DNA of 64,000 nucleotides, taken from Octopus sinensis (lineage: Eukaryota). Shown here piece after piece: positions 13,461 to 26,585 of the stretch; the first letter of the stretch is position 1; the number at the start of each line of letters is the position of its first letter. Made by a program: the position numbers and the translations under genes. The stretch covers positions 11,842,001 to 11,906,000 of the forward strand of contig NC_042999.1 in assembly GCF_006345805.1 (NCBI RefSeq). The letters are read 5' to 3'. A model generated the notes under the pieces. That model was not told where the DNA came from, did no database searches, and saw only the letters and a list, made by a program, of their open reading frames with translations.

Positions 13461-13871
13461 CTTTACTATTTTTTACTATTTTATTTGTTTCAGTCATTTG
13501 ACTGCGGCCATGCTGGAGCACCGCCTTTAGTCGAGCAACTCGACCCCGGGACTTATTCTTTTTTTGTAAGCCCAGTACTTATTCTATCGGTCTCTTTTTG
13601 CCGAACCGCTAAGTGACGGAGACGTAAACACACCAGTATCGGTTGTCAAGCTGCTAGGGGGACAAACACAGACACACAAACAAACACACATACATATATA
13701 TATATAAATATATACGACAGGCTTCTTTCAGTTTCCGTCTACAAATCCACTCACAAGGCTTTGGTCGGCCCGAGGCTATAGCAGAAGACACTTGCCCAAG
13801 ATGCCACGCAGTAGGACTGAACCCGGAACCATGTGGTTGGTTAGCAAGCTACTTACCACACAGCCACTCCT
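13461..13871 (-). mobile_element. Major tRNA-derived SINE, near full length
   Basis: Reverse complement of the 24267-24666 copy over its whole length. Confidence 0.9.
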
Positions 13872-15217
13872 TTGGCAACTTTTAAATTATTTATTACAAT
13901 GAAAGTTGAATACGATTTTCGTCATTGGCGTGCAAAATTACATCAATGTGGAAAATTTGAACAAAATCTGACGATATCCGAATGAAAACCATAAAGACCT
14001 GTACTTCATTGTATGTATGGCTTTCATTATTGTCTAGAAACTTGTACATTTGAGGTTAATGGTTAGGACTACATTGTCGAATATTGTACAGACTTCCATG
14101 TTAGTTCACCTAGTGCTACGTTAAAATGGACTATGAAAATGTTGGTTCCAATGGAACAACTTCTACAACGATAGAAAATTCCGTTGCAGCATTTCAACAC
14201 TCCTAGATATAAACTTAAAAAGATGGAACGGTTTCGGTTGGAATATCCTTGATCATTCAACGTAGAAATCGGGTAAAACAAAATTAGCCATGCACTCTTT
14301 CTGTTTCAGTGCTATGAGCTACTATTAAGTAACTCATGCCATTAGAAGTATACCATTGGGACATTTTTCCCGTTAGCTGATCAAAAATAGATGAAGAGAA
14401 AGAACGTCATAAATATTGAATTGATTTGTATCGCAAAAATAAATTGATTATGCAGCATATCAATTACTATAAATAACCGAGTATATGATTTTACGCCATT
14501 TCCTTCCCTTGCATCAAGCATTTTATTTATATGTGTCATTCGGAAGTGTGATTTTTTTTTCCAAGCAGATTTTTCTCATGACGTTAGCAATGATCATAAC
14601 GGCAAACCGTGTTGGCTGTTTTTAATTAAAAAGAAGTGACATCCTATAACTTCATGTAAACAATCTGTGTAACATAAATAATGTACAGAGCATACATACA
14701 TTTTATGTAACATGGAAAAAATCACATTTAAGTTGTGTATAGCACGTTGGAATGGTGTACTTCGGCTGCTATTTCTGAACTACTTAAGATATCACTAGAA
14801 GACGCTATACAGTTAAGTGCTTGTGAAAGCGGCACGAGGAGGGGGTTCTGTTAATAAAATTGAGGGATTTCACCAGATCTTTCATGAAGTTATGGGACTT
14901 CGCTGTCGTCATTGTTTTCATTTTGAACCCCTAAACTGCATGTTAAAGAATAGCAAATACCTGGTACTGCTAAATTCCTTCTCCGTTTAGCATTGTCTAT
15001 TATTGTAAAATTTAACAAACGAGAAAAAGAAATATATATGTTTCTATGATCGCAGGGAACATAACTCGTATGGTCTGAAAAAGTATCTAGTTTGGGTCCA
15101 GAACGAAACCTTGCAAAACAATTTTGACATTTATTAAGACGAAATTCCACCAAATCTGTATAATCTTTCATAATCTTTTTATATCTATAGTTCGGCTTTT
15201 AAGTAAAATGTTTAAAT

Positions 15218-15626
15218 AGGAGTGGCTGTGTGGTAAGTAGCTTGCTAACCAACCACGTGGTTCCGGGTTCAGTCCCACTGCGTGGCATCTTGGGCAAGTG
15301 CCTTCTGCTATAGCCCCGGGCCGACCAATGCCTTGTGAGTGGATTTGGTAGACGGAAACTGAAAGAAGCCCGTCGTATATATGTATATATATATATATGT
15401 ATGTGTGTGTGTTTGTGTGTCTGTGTTTGTCCCCCTAGCATTGCTTGACAACCGATGCTGGTGTGTTTACGTGCCCGTAACTTAGCGGTTCGGCAAAAGA
15501 GACCGATAGAATAAGTACTGGGCTTACAAAGAATAAGTTCCGGGGTCGATTTGCTCGAATAAAGGCGGTGCTCCAGCATGGCCGCAGTCAAATGATTGAA
15601 ACAAGTAAAAGAGTAAAAGAGTAAAA
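15218..15626 (+). mobile_element. Major tRNA-derived SINE, near full length
   Basis: aggagtggctgtgtggtaag head through acaagtaaaagagtaaaaga tail. Confidence 0.9.
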
Positions 15627-16690
15627 TAAGAAGTAAAGCCAGAATTTGTTTTTTTTTTCTTTTTCTTAATTTTCCCCTCCATTATTTTGTATAGCTATCC
15701 ATTTATATAAATCAAAACATGGCAGCAGGAGATAAACTAATATTCTTTAATCCCTCTGACGCTTAAAGGTTTCTGCTCTCACTCTCTCTTTTCTCTTTCT
15801 CTCTCAACTTAAATAAAAAGAATTGGTCGGACATTGAAGTATTTCTTAGATGTAGCATGTATAGCGGCACTAGCTTTCGAAACCGTGCCAGTCCTGTTGC
15901 AGATGTTGGCTAAGACATATCAACTAATCTTTGCCTACATTTTAGTCAATTGGATTTCAAGTGCATTCGTATGATCGCGCAGTACGAATTGAAATGTCCG
16001 CGTAGTTTTCCGCCAGAACATGGTCATAGATGGAAATGGGACAAGCAGCACAGTGGTCCGAGAGAAAGCAGGGGTTTCGTAGAGGATTCGTGGTCGAAAC
16101 CTGAACAAATATCCAAATTCTAGCGAACCAATTCCTACACACTAAACTCCGAATATTCCTGCTGTAAGTCGCTCGTTGATGTTGATTATAGTAGTAAACA
16201 AAATTGTGACAGAATGAAATTTAGAAGAAATTCTCTTGGATTAAAATTAACTGTCCTTTGTTCATTTAGGTTTGACTTTGCATTGAAGAAATGATAAATT
16301 CAGCAGTTACAGTATCTTTTAAAACTGTCACATTGTTACATTGAATACAAAAGAAAACCTATTCCAACAAGTTAAGACAACAGACGAGATATATTCAGTG
16401 TACTTAAAAACTGATAAACGCTAACATACTTATCTGCAAGATTTGTCCTAAATATTCCTATCTTTTTAAGACTTTGCTAGCATTTTTACTCGACATCAAA
16501 ATCGCTTATTATTCCCACAAGAATTCTAGCACTGCTGTTTCGCTTCCTACTGATTATCTTGTTAAAAATTAAGATCTACTGAACAGGGACACACAACAGA
16601 CATTTGCATAAGTGTATATATGTGTGTATGTGAGAGTGCTTATTTATGTATATATTTATATACGTATATATATGTATATGTATGTGCGTG

Positions 16691-16799
<109 letters not shown>

Positions 16800-17189
16800 C
16801 ATACACACACACATACGTACATACAAAGAGAGTGAGATACACACGCATATATAATGATACCTATGTGTATGTATACACGTGTCTCTTTCTATATATACAC
16901 AAACATTTACATACACACATATGGGGACTATCTTTTCTTTTATACGTTTAATTGAATTCGTGATTGTGTCCAAGCTTCGTCGTCTTTCATTTTAGATTTT
17001 TCGGATTTTCTTAGATTTTTTTTTACAGTTTGTTTGAAACAGTAATTCTTTTAAATCCATATTCAATATTTTTAGACCTTCTTAGTTTCATTTCCAAGAA
17101 TTCTCTGTTGTTTTTCTCTATACTAGTTGAATTCATATAGATTTTCCACCATAGGTTTAGAAGGAAACGAGAAATGTATTTTTTCTCTT

Positions 17190-17750
17190 TGTGAACGGTG
17201 AAACTTGAAACATAAACCTATAAGTAATAGATTTAAATATTGGATAGAAAAAGGCGAAGGGTGCCCGAGGGACTTGAAACAAGCTCTGCTGTAAACATGA
17301 CAGGCGTTCCGCCTTTGTACCGAAGCAATCCATCGACTTTCTCTAGCCATTTTAGAAACTTTGTTTTTACAAACGAGAATTGTATATTGTTGGCATCATA
17401 AGAAGTCAGAAACTTTAACGCTTTCTATTAAAAAGGTTTTTCTAACCAAATATTATTTATAACTCTTCTTCGAGTTTCACCTTTCCAAACAAAAGAAATA
17501 TTTCACTTTTTCTCAAAGATCTAAATTTTTATGACATCATCTATCTCACTGGTAAGAATGAAGCTACCAAAATGGAGAGAAAAATTCGAAGGATTGCTTT
17601 GGTCCAATGGTAGAACGTCTGTCTGGTTTACAAAAGATGTGGCTTCGAGTCCCACGGTGAGCCTTCAAATTTTTATAGCCAAAGGGATTTTAACCCTCTA
17701 TTTACACGCTATTATTTATAGCCTTACTTGCTTCGAGTTTCACCATTCCA
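17190..17750. repeat. Degenerate inverted repeat with outward-facing tRNA-like modules
   Basis: 17255-17350 is the diverged reverse complement of 17575-17670 (ggattgctttggtccaatggtagaacgtctg...ttcgagtccc). ttcgagtttcacc is also repeated directly at about 17469 and 17731. Confidence 0.6.
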
Positions 17751-17782
<32 letters not shown>

Positions 17783-17794
17783 TATATATATATA

Positions 17795-18812
17795 CTAGCA
17801 GTATCGCCCGGCGTTGCTCGGGTTGTAAGGGAAATAACTATATAAGCATTTTTAGAGAGTTATAGCAAAAAATGCATTAAAAATGGAATAAAAAATGATA
17901 CTCTCTTTTACTCTTTTACTTGTTTCAGTCATTTGACTGCGGCCATGCTGGAGCACCGCCTTTTAGTCGAGCAAATCGACCCCGGGACTTATTCTATGTA
18001 AGCCCAGTACTTATTCTATCGGTCTCTTTTGCTGAACCGCTAAGTGACGGGGACATAAACACACCAGCATCGGTTGTCAAGCAATGCTAGGGGGACAAAT
18101 ACAGACACACAAACACACACACACACATATATATATATACATATATACGACAGGCTTCTTTCAGTTTCCGTCTACCAAATCCACTCACAAGGCATTGGTC
18201 GGCCCGGGGCTATAGCAGAAGGCACTTGCCCAAGATGCCACGCAGTGGGACTGAACCCGGAACCATGTGGTTGGTTAGCAAGCTACTTACCACACATCCA
18301 CTCCTGCGCCTGATGGTAATTTTTTTTTAAATCGTTGACTCATCGTAGACATTTTTATATAATAGCGAAAAAATGCATTAAAATGGAAAAAATGATGGTA
18401 AATTTTTTTTTAATCGTAGACTCATGTAGACGCTTTCTTAGCCATTTCTGTTTTGGTGTCTTCAAGCCATGAAGTCGTTGTTCTAAAAGAACGCTGGCCT
18501 CCTTGACAACGCATTACGACGTTGATTTCCTTACACTCCCTTCCCCAAAGGTGCAGGTGTGAGCGTGGACGCCAACTCCGCCACCATCGACACATGAAAA
18601 GATATGTATTAAAATAGAATAAAAAATGATGTTAAATTATTTTAAAAATCGTAGACTCATCGTAGACGCGCGCTAATAGCCAGACGGGCTCGATATGAAT
18701 CACGACTATAAGATACCCGAATTTGGTTAAACTGCACCGCAAAATGTGGGAGTAGTTAGGAATCTAAATCGAAGGGGACAGACACTCACACAACTACAGT
18801 TTTATATATATA
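17795..18812 (-). mobile_element. Non-autonomous Helitron, copy 1 of tandem pair, interrupted by a SINE
   Basis: 3' CTAG at 17795-17798 with the hairpin cccggcgttgctcggg nearby, set in (TA)n. Confidence 0.75.
17900..18310 (-). mobile_element. Major SINE nested in Helitron
   Basis: Full-length reverse copy ending ccactcctgcgcc; Helitron sequence resumes at tgatggtaattttt. Confidence 0.9.
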
Positions 18813-19309
18813 CTAGCAGTATCGCCCGGCGTTGCTCGGGTTTGTAAGGGAAATAACTTTATAAGCATTTTTAGAGAGTTACTTCCCTTATAGATGCCAA
18901 TTCGGGCTTTCTTAGCCATTTCTGTTTTGGTGTCTTCAAGCCATGAAGTCGTTGTTCTAAGAGAACGCTAGTCTCCTTGACAACGCTTTACGACGTTGAT
19001 TTCCTTACACTCCCTTCCCCACAGCTTCACGAGGGAGGGAAGAAGGGGGAGAAGCAAACAGGTGCAGGCGTGACCATGGACGCCAACTCCGCCGCCATCG
19101 ACACACGAAAAATTATGCATTAAAATGGAATAAAAAATGATGTTAAATTATTTTTAAAATCGTAGACTCATCGTAGACGCGCGCTAATACTCAGACGGGC
19201 TCGATATGAATCACGACTATAAGATACCCGAATTTGGTTAAACTGCACCGCAAAATGTGGGAGTAGTTAGGAATCTAAATCGAAGGGGACAGACACTCAC
19301 ACAACTACA

Positions 19310-19322
<13 letters not shown>
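18813..19322 (-). mobile_element. Non-autonomous Helitron, copy 2 (head-to-tail)
   Basis: Same ctagcagtatcgcccggcgttgctcggg terminus at 18813 and the same opposite end cacaactacagttttatatata. Confidence 0.8.
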
Positions 19323-19365
<43 letters not shown>

Positions 19366-19371
<6 letters not shown>

Positions 19372-19817
19372 GAGAAATGAGGTACTCAGAAAATCGGATG
19401 GTTTATATTTACCGATATTTATTTGTATATTACATTTTTTATATATATTATATCATTTAGATCATTAGCGCTTTCTCCCATTCTAGTGGGGTTTTCAAAT
19501 CAAACTAAGTTCCTGTGTGAGGAGTTTTGACTATTTTATAGAGTTTGTAGTGGTGGGGAGGAATATAAGACAGTACAAGAGGGTGATGGATGAGGAGAAA
19601 GTGAGAGAGAGAACATGTGTGTATGTGTGTGTGTGTGTGTGTTTTTGTAATAGTCAAAACTCCTCACACAGGAACTTAGTTTGATTTGAAAACCCCACTA
19701 GAATGGGAGAAAGCGCTATTGATCTAAGTGATATGATATATATAAAAAATGTAATATACAAATAAATATCTGAAATATAAACCATCCGATCTTCTGATTA
19801 CCTCATTTCTTCTAATA
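19366..19817. repeat. Foldback element, ~170-bp inverted arms, in (TA)n
   Basis: 19366-19535 is the reverse complement of 19649-19817. Confidence 0.85.
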
Positions 19818-19846
19818 TATAATACCTGTACATCATCTCCAAACCT

Positions 19847-19911
<65 letters not shown>

Positions 19912-20051
19912 TTGTTGATTTTGTATTATTGTATTAATGAGTATATATATATATATGTGTAGTATTATGAGTGTCTATGCACACGTTTTTATATTTTATA
20001 TTTTTATATTTATATGTAAAACAAATTTTTAACACTTATAATAAATTAAAT

Positions 20052-20162
20052 TCTCTGAAGAGGCCGTGGGACATCCTTGTTAATGTCTCATTTATACCTG
20101 CCTTATATGGCTTATAGGTTAAATGAGGCATACTTGTCCTTACGGCCGAAACAGCTGTCAGA
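20052..20162 (+). ncRNA. Type-I hammerhead ribozyme motif with extended stem II
   Basis: tct-CTGAAGA(20055-61)-ggccgt...acggcc-GAAA(20148-51)-cagctg-TC-aga; GUC cleavage triplet ending at 20159. Confidence 0.75.
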
Positions 20163-20343
20163 TATGATATAATTATATATTATATTTTATATTTTATATT
20201 TCTATTTCCTTGTCTAATTATATTTACAATATATTTTGTATAATGCCTTTGCTGTTATGTAATGGTGTAATAAAGTATTGATTGGGTATCATCTGATGGT
20301 TGATGTTTGATTGATTTAAGTATGTTTCTCCATTTTCTAATTT

Positions 20344-20380
<37 letters not shown>

Positions 20381-20539
20381 TGGTATGTGTGTGTGTATCC
20401 TATTTCCCATTCAACAAAGATTTTTCTGCTAAAAGTCAACTTTTAGTCTGGGTTTGAGAAAGCTCGCATTTATAAAATTTCGTAAAATGTTATTCCTCAG
20501 CAGAAATAACTAAATATATAAATAAAAATATGGAGGGTG

Positions 20540-21425
20540 GGATTTAGTTGTGTCTTCTCTGTACACTGTAACTAATATCTATAAAGAATAGGAATGAACA
20601 GATGTACAAAGAGATATATATATATATGAATCAAGCAACTACTCAAAAACGAATTGAATAATAGCTTTAAAAAACGCACATTCTCTGATGACTTTGTATG
20701 TGAACCTTGGAGTGTTGGACGAGGATACTTTAGGAAAGATTTGGAAGAGAAACTCTCTGCTGACTGCAAACATGTGATGCTTGACTATGTTTCCCGTAAG
20801 CTTGAGAAGGATGATAATATTAACATGAATTGTAGCCTCTCTTGCATTCTTGACCGTTATATCACGCCACATCTCGAAGGTTAGGCTTTTGGTAGGCCTT
20901 GAGTAGACGATTACAATGATGTCTCTAATGAACAAACGGGACAATGAAACCCTTCAACTCCAAATATTCAGCCATAAATATAAGGTGTATCATTCTTTTG
21001 TGGATGGCATAACACCTGTAATCGGCAGCTGACCAAAAGTATCAGCCAGGTACCATCTCCCATTAATATATGATGGTGTTGCTGCCGAAACAATATACAA
21101 TGCCATCCACAGAAAAGACTTCCCTGGGATAAATATAAACAACACCTCTGTTTTTGAATATATTCATACATATCAACACAAGGAATATTGATGGAACACT
21201 TTCACCACAGCTTTTACCAACTACAAACATAACAAACCTGATTTAGTTGTTTGAAGAAAAAAAGAAAAACAATAAATAAAAGTCATGTATAGTTATAGAG
21301 GTCAGTTACTCTCCGGCTGAGAACATATTTACCAAAGCTGCGTGAATAAGAATATTTATGGACATTGATTCAAAACCTCCAGCTGACGATAAATTACATT
21401 TATATCAATAATTACTGGTGTATTA
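20540..21425 (+). mobile_element. Old R4/Dong-like LINE fragment
   Basis: Broken frames include YITPHLEG*AF, HKEY*WN and KHNKPDLVV, colinear with the 33.3-38.1 kb copy. Confidence 0.65.
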
Positions 21426-22180
21426 AGTTATGTAAGGAAATGTATAAAATGACAATCTGGAAAAGCGAGGATTTCCAGACAAAGAAAAAGAACGCCTAAC
21501 AACACACATTTGACGGATGCAGTCTGTAAGGGGAGCGGAACATTGCTTTTTTGTTAGAAACCAACCAAAAACAAAAAAGAAAAAAAAAAGGGAACAATGC
21601 ATACATACGTGTGTGCGTGTGTGTGATAAAATAGGAAAATGGAAATATTTTGGTATCATTTATTCTCCTTTAGACGTATTTCATTTGCTAATAGGAATCA
21701 TTAAAATTTACATGTTAGATAGACATATAAAGAATTTCCTATTAGAAACTCTGAAGTTGTTTACATGTCTAACTTGTAAATCTTTTTGATTCCTATTAGT
21801 AAATGAAACACGTGTAATGGAGAATAAATAATATCAAAAGATTCCCATTTTCCTATTTTACATTAACTCTGCAAATAGTTTTTCCATAATTCTCAACTTT
21901 AATATATATTTCGATTCATATACAGCACTAACTATGGATTCATATTGATTGTAATATTAGAATAAGTAGATGTACTTCAAGAAGAAACAGGTGGGATTTA
22001 CCCTAACTTATGTGTGTGTATATATATGTGCATATATGTATGTATATATATATATATCTATATATTTGTATATTTACTGAATAATATTTACTGAATCTCA
22101 GTCTTTTATACGCTAGGCCACTGGTGTTTAAATTGATGTTATTAAATTAATATCCAATTTTTTCACTCTCTTTTTACTTT

Positions 22181-22292
<112 letters not shown>

Positions 22293-22711
22293 TGTTCACA
22301 TAAACACACGCGTGCGCGCACACCTACATGTAGAGAGGAAGATTCCCATACAAAGTGGAGACGAGTGCCAACACTTCCATGTAGCGCGCTTGAGCAATTG
22401 TGAAAATCTCTTCACATGAAACCATTAGTTTCTTTGTTAACCCGTAAATAATATATGCGCATGCGCGCGCGCGTGTATTGATGGAGGTGCGTTGAGCAGT
22501 ATCGAATGACATGTGCAGCCATATTTAACGTGTTCGCGTACGTTCGGACACAGAGAAACAAACGCTGCACAGTTTGTCCCAAGAGAAGACATTCAAGAAT
22601 ACCCACCCATATTCTCTGTAAGAAGAAATTCTTCTCTTCGAGACAACTTGTGTAACGCATTTGATTTTCTATGTTTTAATGTACACGAAACGTTAGATGT
22701 GACTGTACAGT

Positions 22712-22756
<45 letters not shown>

Positions 22757-23149
22757 TGTGTGTGTGTGTGTGTGTGTGTACACACTTGAGCAGAATAAAG
22801 CATGAGAATTAATTTATCTTTTTATTATAGCATCTTAATTTATGGTGCTATATAAAATTTAATTTTCCTGCTTTATTCAACTCTCATGTATGCACTGTAA
22901 ATGTTATTTAAATACATATCAAAAGAAAGTCAGTGGAGAAATTGTTGAATACTTGAAAGAAATTTGAAAATGCATAAATTTACACAGAGTTCTAAGAATC
23001 GGTTGATCGCTACGCCATCTTATTTGAAGTAGCAGTTCTTTCACGCGCGCACGCGTGTGAGTATACGTTCCAACTACTAAATTATGCCTCAACTGGAGAG
23101 TATTGTATGCTTCATTTTCCCCCTCCAAGCCAATACTCCATGATATGGC

Positions 23150-23560
23150 ATTGAAACCGGATGTTATGTAAGATATTTACATCATTCAGTAGATATCTTC
23201 AGGCAAAATACCCAGGGGTACAGCAAGAAGCTATTTCCAACCTCTTGAGAACTCGACATTGTACCTCGATATTTCAAGGATGTTACCTTTATTTTATAGG
23301 CATTGCGACAACCAATGGCAGCAAAGCATTTTTTGTCAATGTAACATTAAAAAAAATTGGACTGCCATTTCCAACATGATTATCTGACGTTTGTCAACTC
23401 TACTTAATCTTGGAGACTATCAATTCTGTATTAGACACTGAACTGCTAACATGATACCTGTACAGAAGAATTTGAAGAAGAATGTTACGAGCAATTCCAA
23501 TACAGCATTCATCGACTTCACTAATGTTTTTGATTCTGTGAATAGCAAAGTAACTTGCAT
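23150..23560 (+). mobile_element. Degenerate RTE reverse-transcriptase remnant
   Basis: Contains AFIDFTNVFDSVNS, matching the RT motif FIDxxKAFDSV. Confidence 0.5.
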
Positions 23561-24266
23561 TCCAGCAGATTCAAACATGAATATGCTAATTCTCTGTCAC
23601 CAAATACAACAGTGATTAGCATATTCATGTTCGATTCTATCTGAACATATTAAGAATGAATATCTGGTCATTGTTTAGAGTTTCATTCTTTTCCTGCACC
23701 TCGCAATATATTACGTAAATTCTTTCTCCCAAACTCAATGTCGAGGAGTTCTTTATTCATTTTTGGGCTCTATTCTTAAAAGGAAACAATTTTGGAAGTC
23801 TACCTTTGCCACCACGGGTAATAACAGGAAATATGGCCTGTGTATATAAATTAGTAATAATTTAACTTTTAGCAAATTTCTTCGTTTTTTTTAATTACAA
23901 AATAGTAAAATGTATACTAATTTTCAAAAGAAAAATATTTATTACCCTAAAATTAATGTGTGTGCGTGTATATATATATATATATATATTTGTATGTATC
24001 TATAATTATACACACGCCCCTCCCCCTTCCAGAGTGTATCTGTATTCATTCTCCTTTTACCGAATACGGACATGTTTCTAGGTTTACGTTTGAAATGAAC
24101 ATATTTTTCTTCAAGCTTCTTCGTCTCCACAGACTTTGTTTTTATAGAAATCGATTTAAAACATTGTTTTACACATCGAACTACTATAATTGCCTTTTCA
24201 ATTGACCATTCTGGTCGGCATTGTATCATTTTTATTGTTTTTTAAATAACTTTTCAAATATGAAAA

Positions 24267-24666
24267 GGCGCAGGAGTGGCTGTGTGGTAAGTAGTTTGCT
24301 AACCAACCACATGGTTCCGGGTTCAGTCCCACTGCGTGGCATCTTGGGCAAGTGTCTTCTACTATAGCCCCGGGCCGACCAATGCCTTGTGAGTGGATTT
24401 GGTAGACAGAAACTGAAAGAAGCCCGTCGTATATATGTATATATATGTATGTGTGTGTTTGTGTGTCTGTGTTTGTCCCCTTAGCATTGCTTGACAACCG
24501 ATGCTGGTGTGTTTACGTCCCCGTCACTTAGCAGTTCGGCAAAGAGACCGATAGAATAAGTACTGGGCTTACAAAGAATAAGTCCCGGGGTCGATTTGCT
24601 CGACTAAAGTCGGTGCTCCAGCATGGCCGCAGTCGAATGACTGAAACAAGTAAAAGAGTAAAAGAG
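24267..24666 (+). mobile_element. Major tRNA-derived SINE, full length
   Basis: Complete ggcgcaggagtgg head, internal (TA)/(TG) tract and gtaaaagag tail. Confidence 0.9.
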
Positions 24667-25289
24667 AGAGAGTATAACATGCTTCAATTTCTTTCATAAT
24701 ACGTTTATAATTGGCTACCTCCCTCCCTCCCTCCTCCAGTTCTCTGCCTATCATTTCCCTTTCCCTCTACATATCTCACTCGCTCCTTCTCCTCTCTCTC
24801 TCCCTCCTCCATTTACTCTCTTTCTCTCGTCTCCCTTTTATTCTCTTCTTTTTTTAAAACTGTTGTTTCAACAATATTCTTTACGCTTTACTCTACCGGT
24901 TTCAATTGTTGCGCTTTCGACCCCAATTCCTTTCTCTTTCTAAATATTCTCTATATGTTCTCTCACTCCTCAGTCTCAGTGATATTTCCTCTCTCCCTGT
25001 GTGTGTAGCATTATTTACTCATTGTCTGCCACCAAACCAAGTATTAGCATCAATCCTTTACTCTTATGTTAACTCTCCATCTCCGTTTTGTCGTCTCTCC
25101 TCACTAACGGATGAGAATCGCGAGTGGAGAATTCAACCAACGAATCCACCAACAGTTATATCGTTTATTATTAAATGTGCGTGCGCGTGTGTTTGTCAAT
25201 TTTTCTCTTTGTGTGTCTATATGCCTGTCTATTTTCTTAATTCTACATGCAAACAATCTGTCTTTTCTCTCTCCCTCAATCTATATTTT

Positions 25290-25440
25290 TTGGATGTGGC
25301 GTGGCTCGTGCTTAAAGTGTTTGGCTTGCAATCGTAAGGTCACCCGTTCAATTCTTGGAGTCCGCGGCGCATGTCGTTTTTGGGCAAGGCACATCATTTT
25401 ACATTGCTCCAGTATCCTCTGTTAAAAATGAGTAGGGGTA
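25290..25440 (+). mobile_element. Second SINE family, degenerate head
   Basis: gcgtggctcgtgcttaaagtgtttggcttgcaatcgtaaggtc...ttgggcaaggcac...ttgctccagt. Confidence 0.55.
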
Positions 25441-25840
25441 CAGTAACAGTGCAACTCTCCTACCTTTCAGCTGTTCTGTGGATCAAGGGGTGGAAGGGCT
25501 GAGGGGATGTATGTGTCTGTTCCCGCGTAAATAAACACATACAAGAAAGGAACAAAAAATAATTTACGATAAAAACGTAGTACATATGCAAGGTCATAGT
25601 CGCTTGCGAGTGACGGCTTGGGGTACCATCAGAATGGGTCGGTGAATTCACAAAAAACAAACAAACAAACAAAAGACGAAGACAGGTGGTGTAGACAACA
25701 AACAGATGTATTAGTATAACGCTCGAGAAGTGAAAAAGTCTTTAACGTTTCGAGCCTACGCTCTTCCACAGAAAGAAACAAGGAGAGAAAATAAAGAATG
25801 TGTAGTGGCTAGCGATCTATCACCTATATATATATATATA

Positions 25841-26365
25841 TTCTTCTTCTTCTCCCCCGTCTGTCTTGATAGACAATGGGTCGCGCTAAGGGTGGGGCCT
25901 ACTTTGATGATGAGCAGCGTCTGCTGTGACTGAACAGTCCAATTCTAGAGTGGCAGTCCCTGGTACAGTTGCTGCACACGAACATCGATGGGTACGTGTG
26001 GGGTGTTGCTGCAGTTGTCCTCCTCCTGTCCCGCCTGTCCGACCACAGCTGTGCTCTCTTTTCCTCAGCCATGGAAACGCCTTTCCTCACTGTCCGACGC
26101 CAGGCAGAGCGGTCAGCAGCTGTTACCTCCCACGTGTCCACACAGATGTTGGCAGTCCTCAGGTCGCGCTTGCACACATCCCTGTATCGTAGCTGTGGAC
26201 GTCCTTTGGGTCGGGATCCCGTGGTGAGTTCGCTGTACAGGATGTCTTTAGGCATGCGAAAGTCCTGCATGCGGCAGACGTGTCCGAGCCAGCGCAGTCG
26301 TCTCCGCACGAGGAGGGCATGCATGCTTGGCATATTAGTCTGTTCTAGGATGACTCCGTTTGGTG
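25841..26365 (-). mobile_element. RTE (BovB-like) LINE 3' fragment with uninterrupted C-terminal frame
   Basis: RRRLRWLGHVCRM..RMPKDILYSEL..G.RP.GRP.LRY.D.CKRDL, then zinc knuckle CSNC..DCHSRIGLFSHSRRC, then 3' UTR ending (GAA)n. Confidence 0.9.
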
Positions 26366-26460
26366 AAGATAAACTTTTATATATATATGTGTGCGTATAT
26401 ATATGTGTGTGTGTGTGGTGTGTGTGTGTGTGTGTGCGTGCGTGTTTTAACTTATATATA

Positions 26461-26585
26461 TAGTGGTTAGGATTCCACGCTCTCATCGCGGCGGTCTGGG
26501 TTCGTTTACCCGCTTGGAAAATAGCTGTTTCAATGGCGGTGCCCCAGCATGACCACAGCTTCAGAGCTGAAACAGAAAAGAATAT
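26461..26585 (+). pseudogene. tRNA-Glu(CTC)-derived pseudogene fused to the SINE/RTE 3' tail
   Basis: tagtggttaggattccacgctctcatcgcggcggtctgggttcg aligns with eukaryotic tRNA-Glu-CTC, with the first ~12 nt missing. It is followed by ggcggtgccccagcatgaccacagc..ctgaaacagaaaag. Confidence 0.7.

Noticed and set aside
15940-16170. Moderately GC-rich unique segment with short frames on both strands
   Set aside because: All frames close within about 60 codons and no homology is recognised; it could still be UTR.
25735-25775. Minus-strand gagc-gtag-gctc-GAAA-cgt hairpin resembling a hammerhead
   Set aside because: The upstream core reads CTGTGGAA rather than CUGANGA, and stem I is not convincing.
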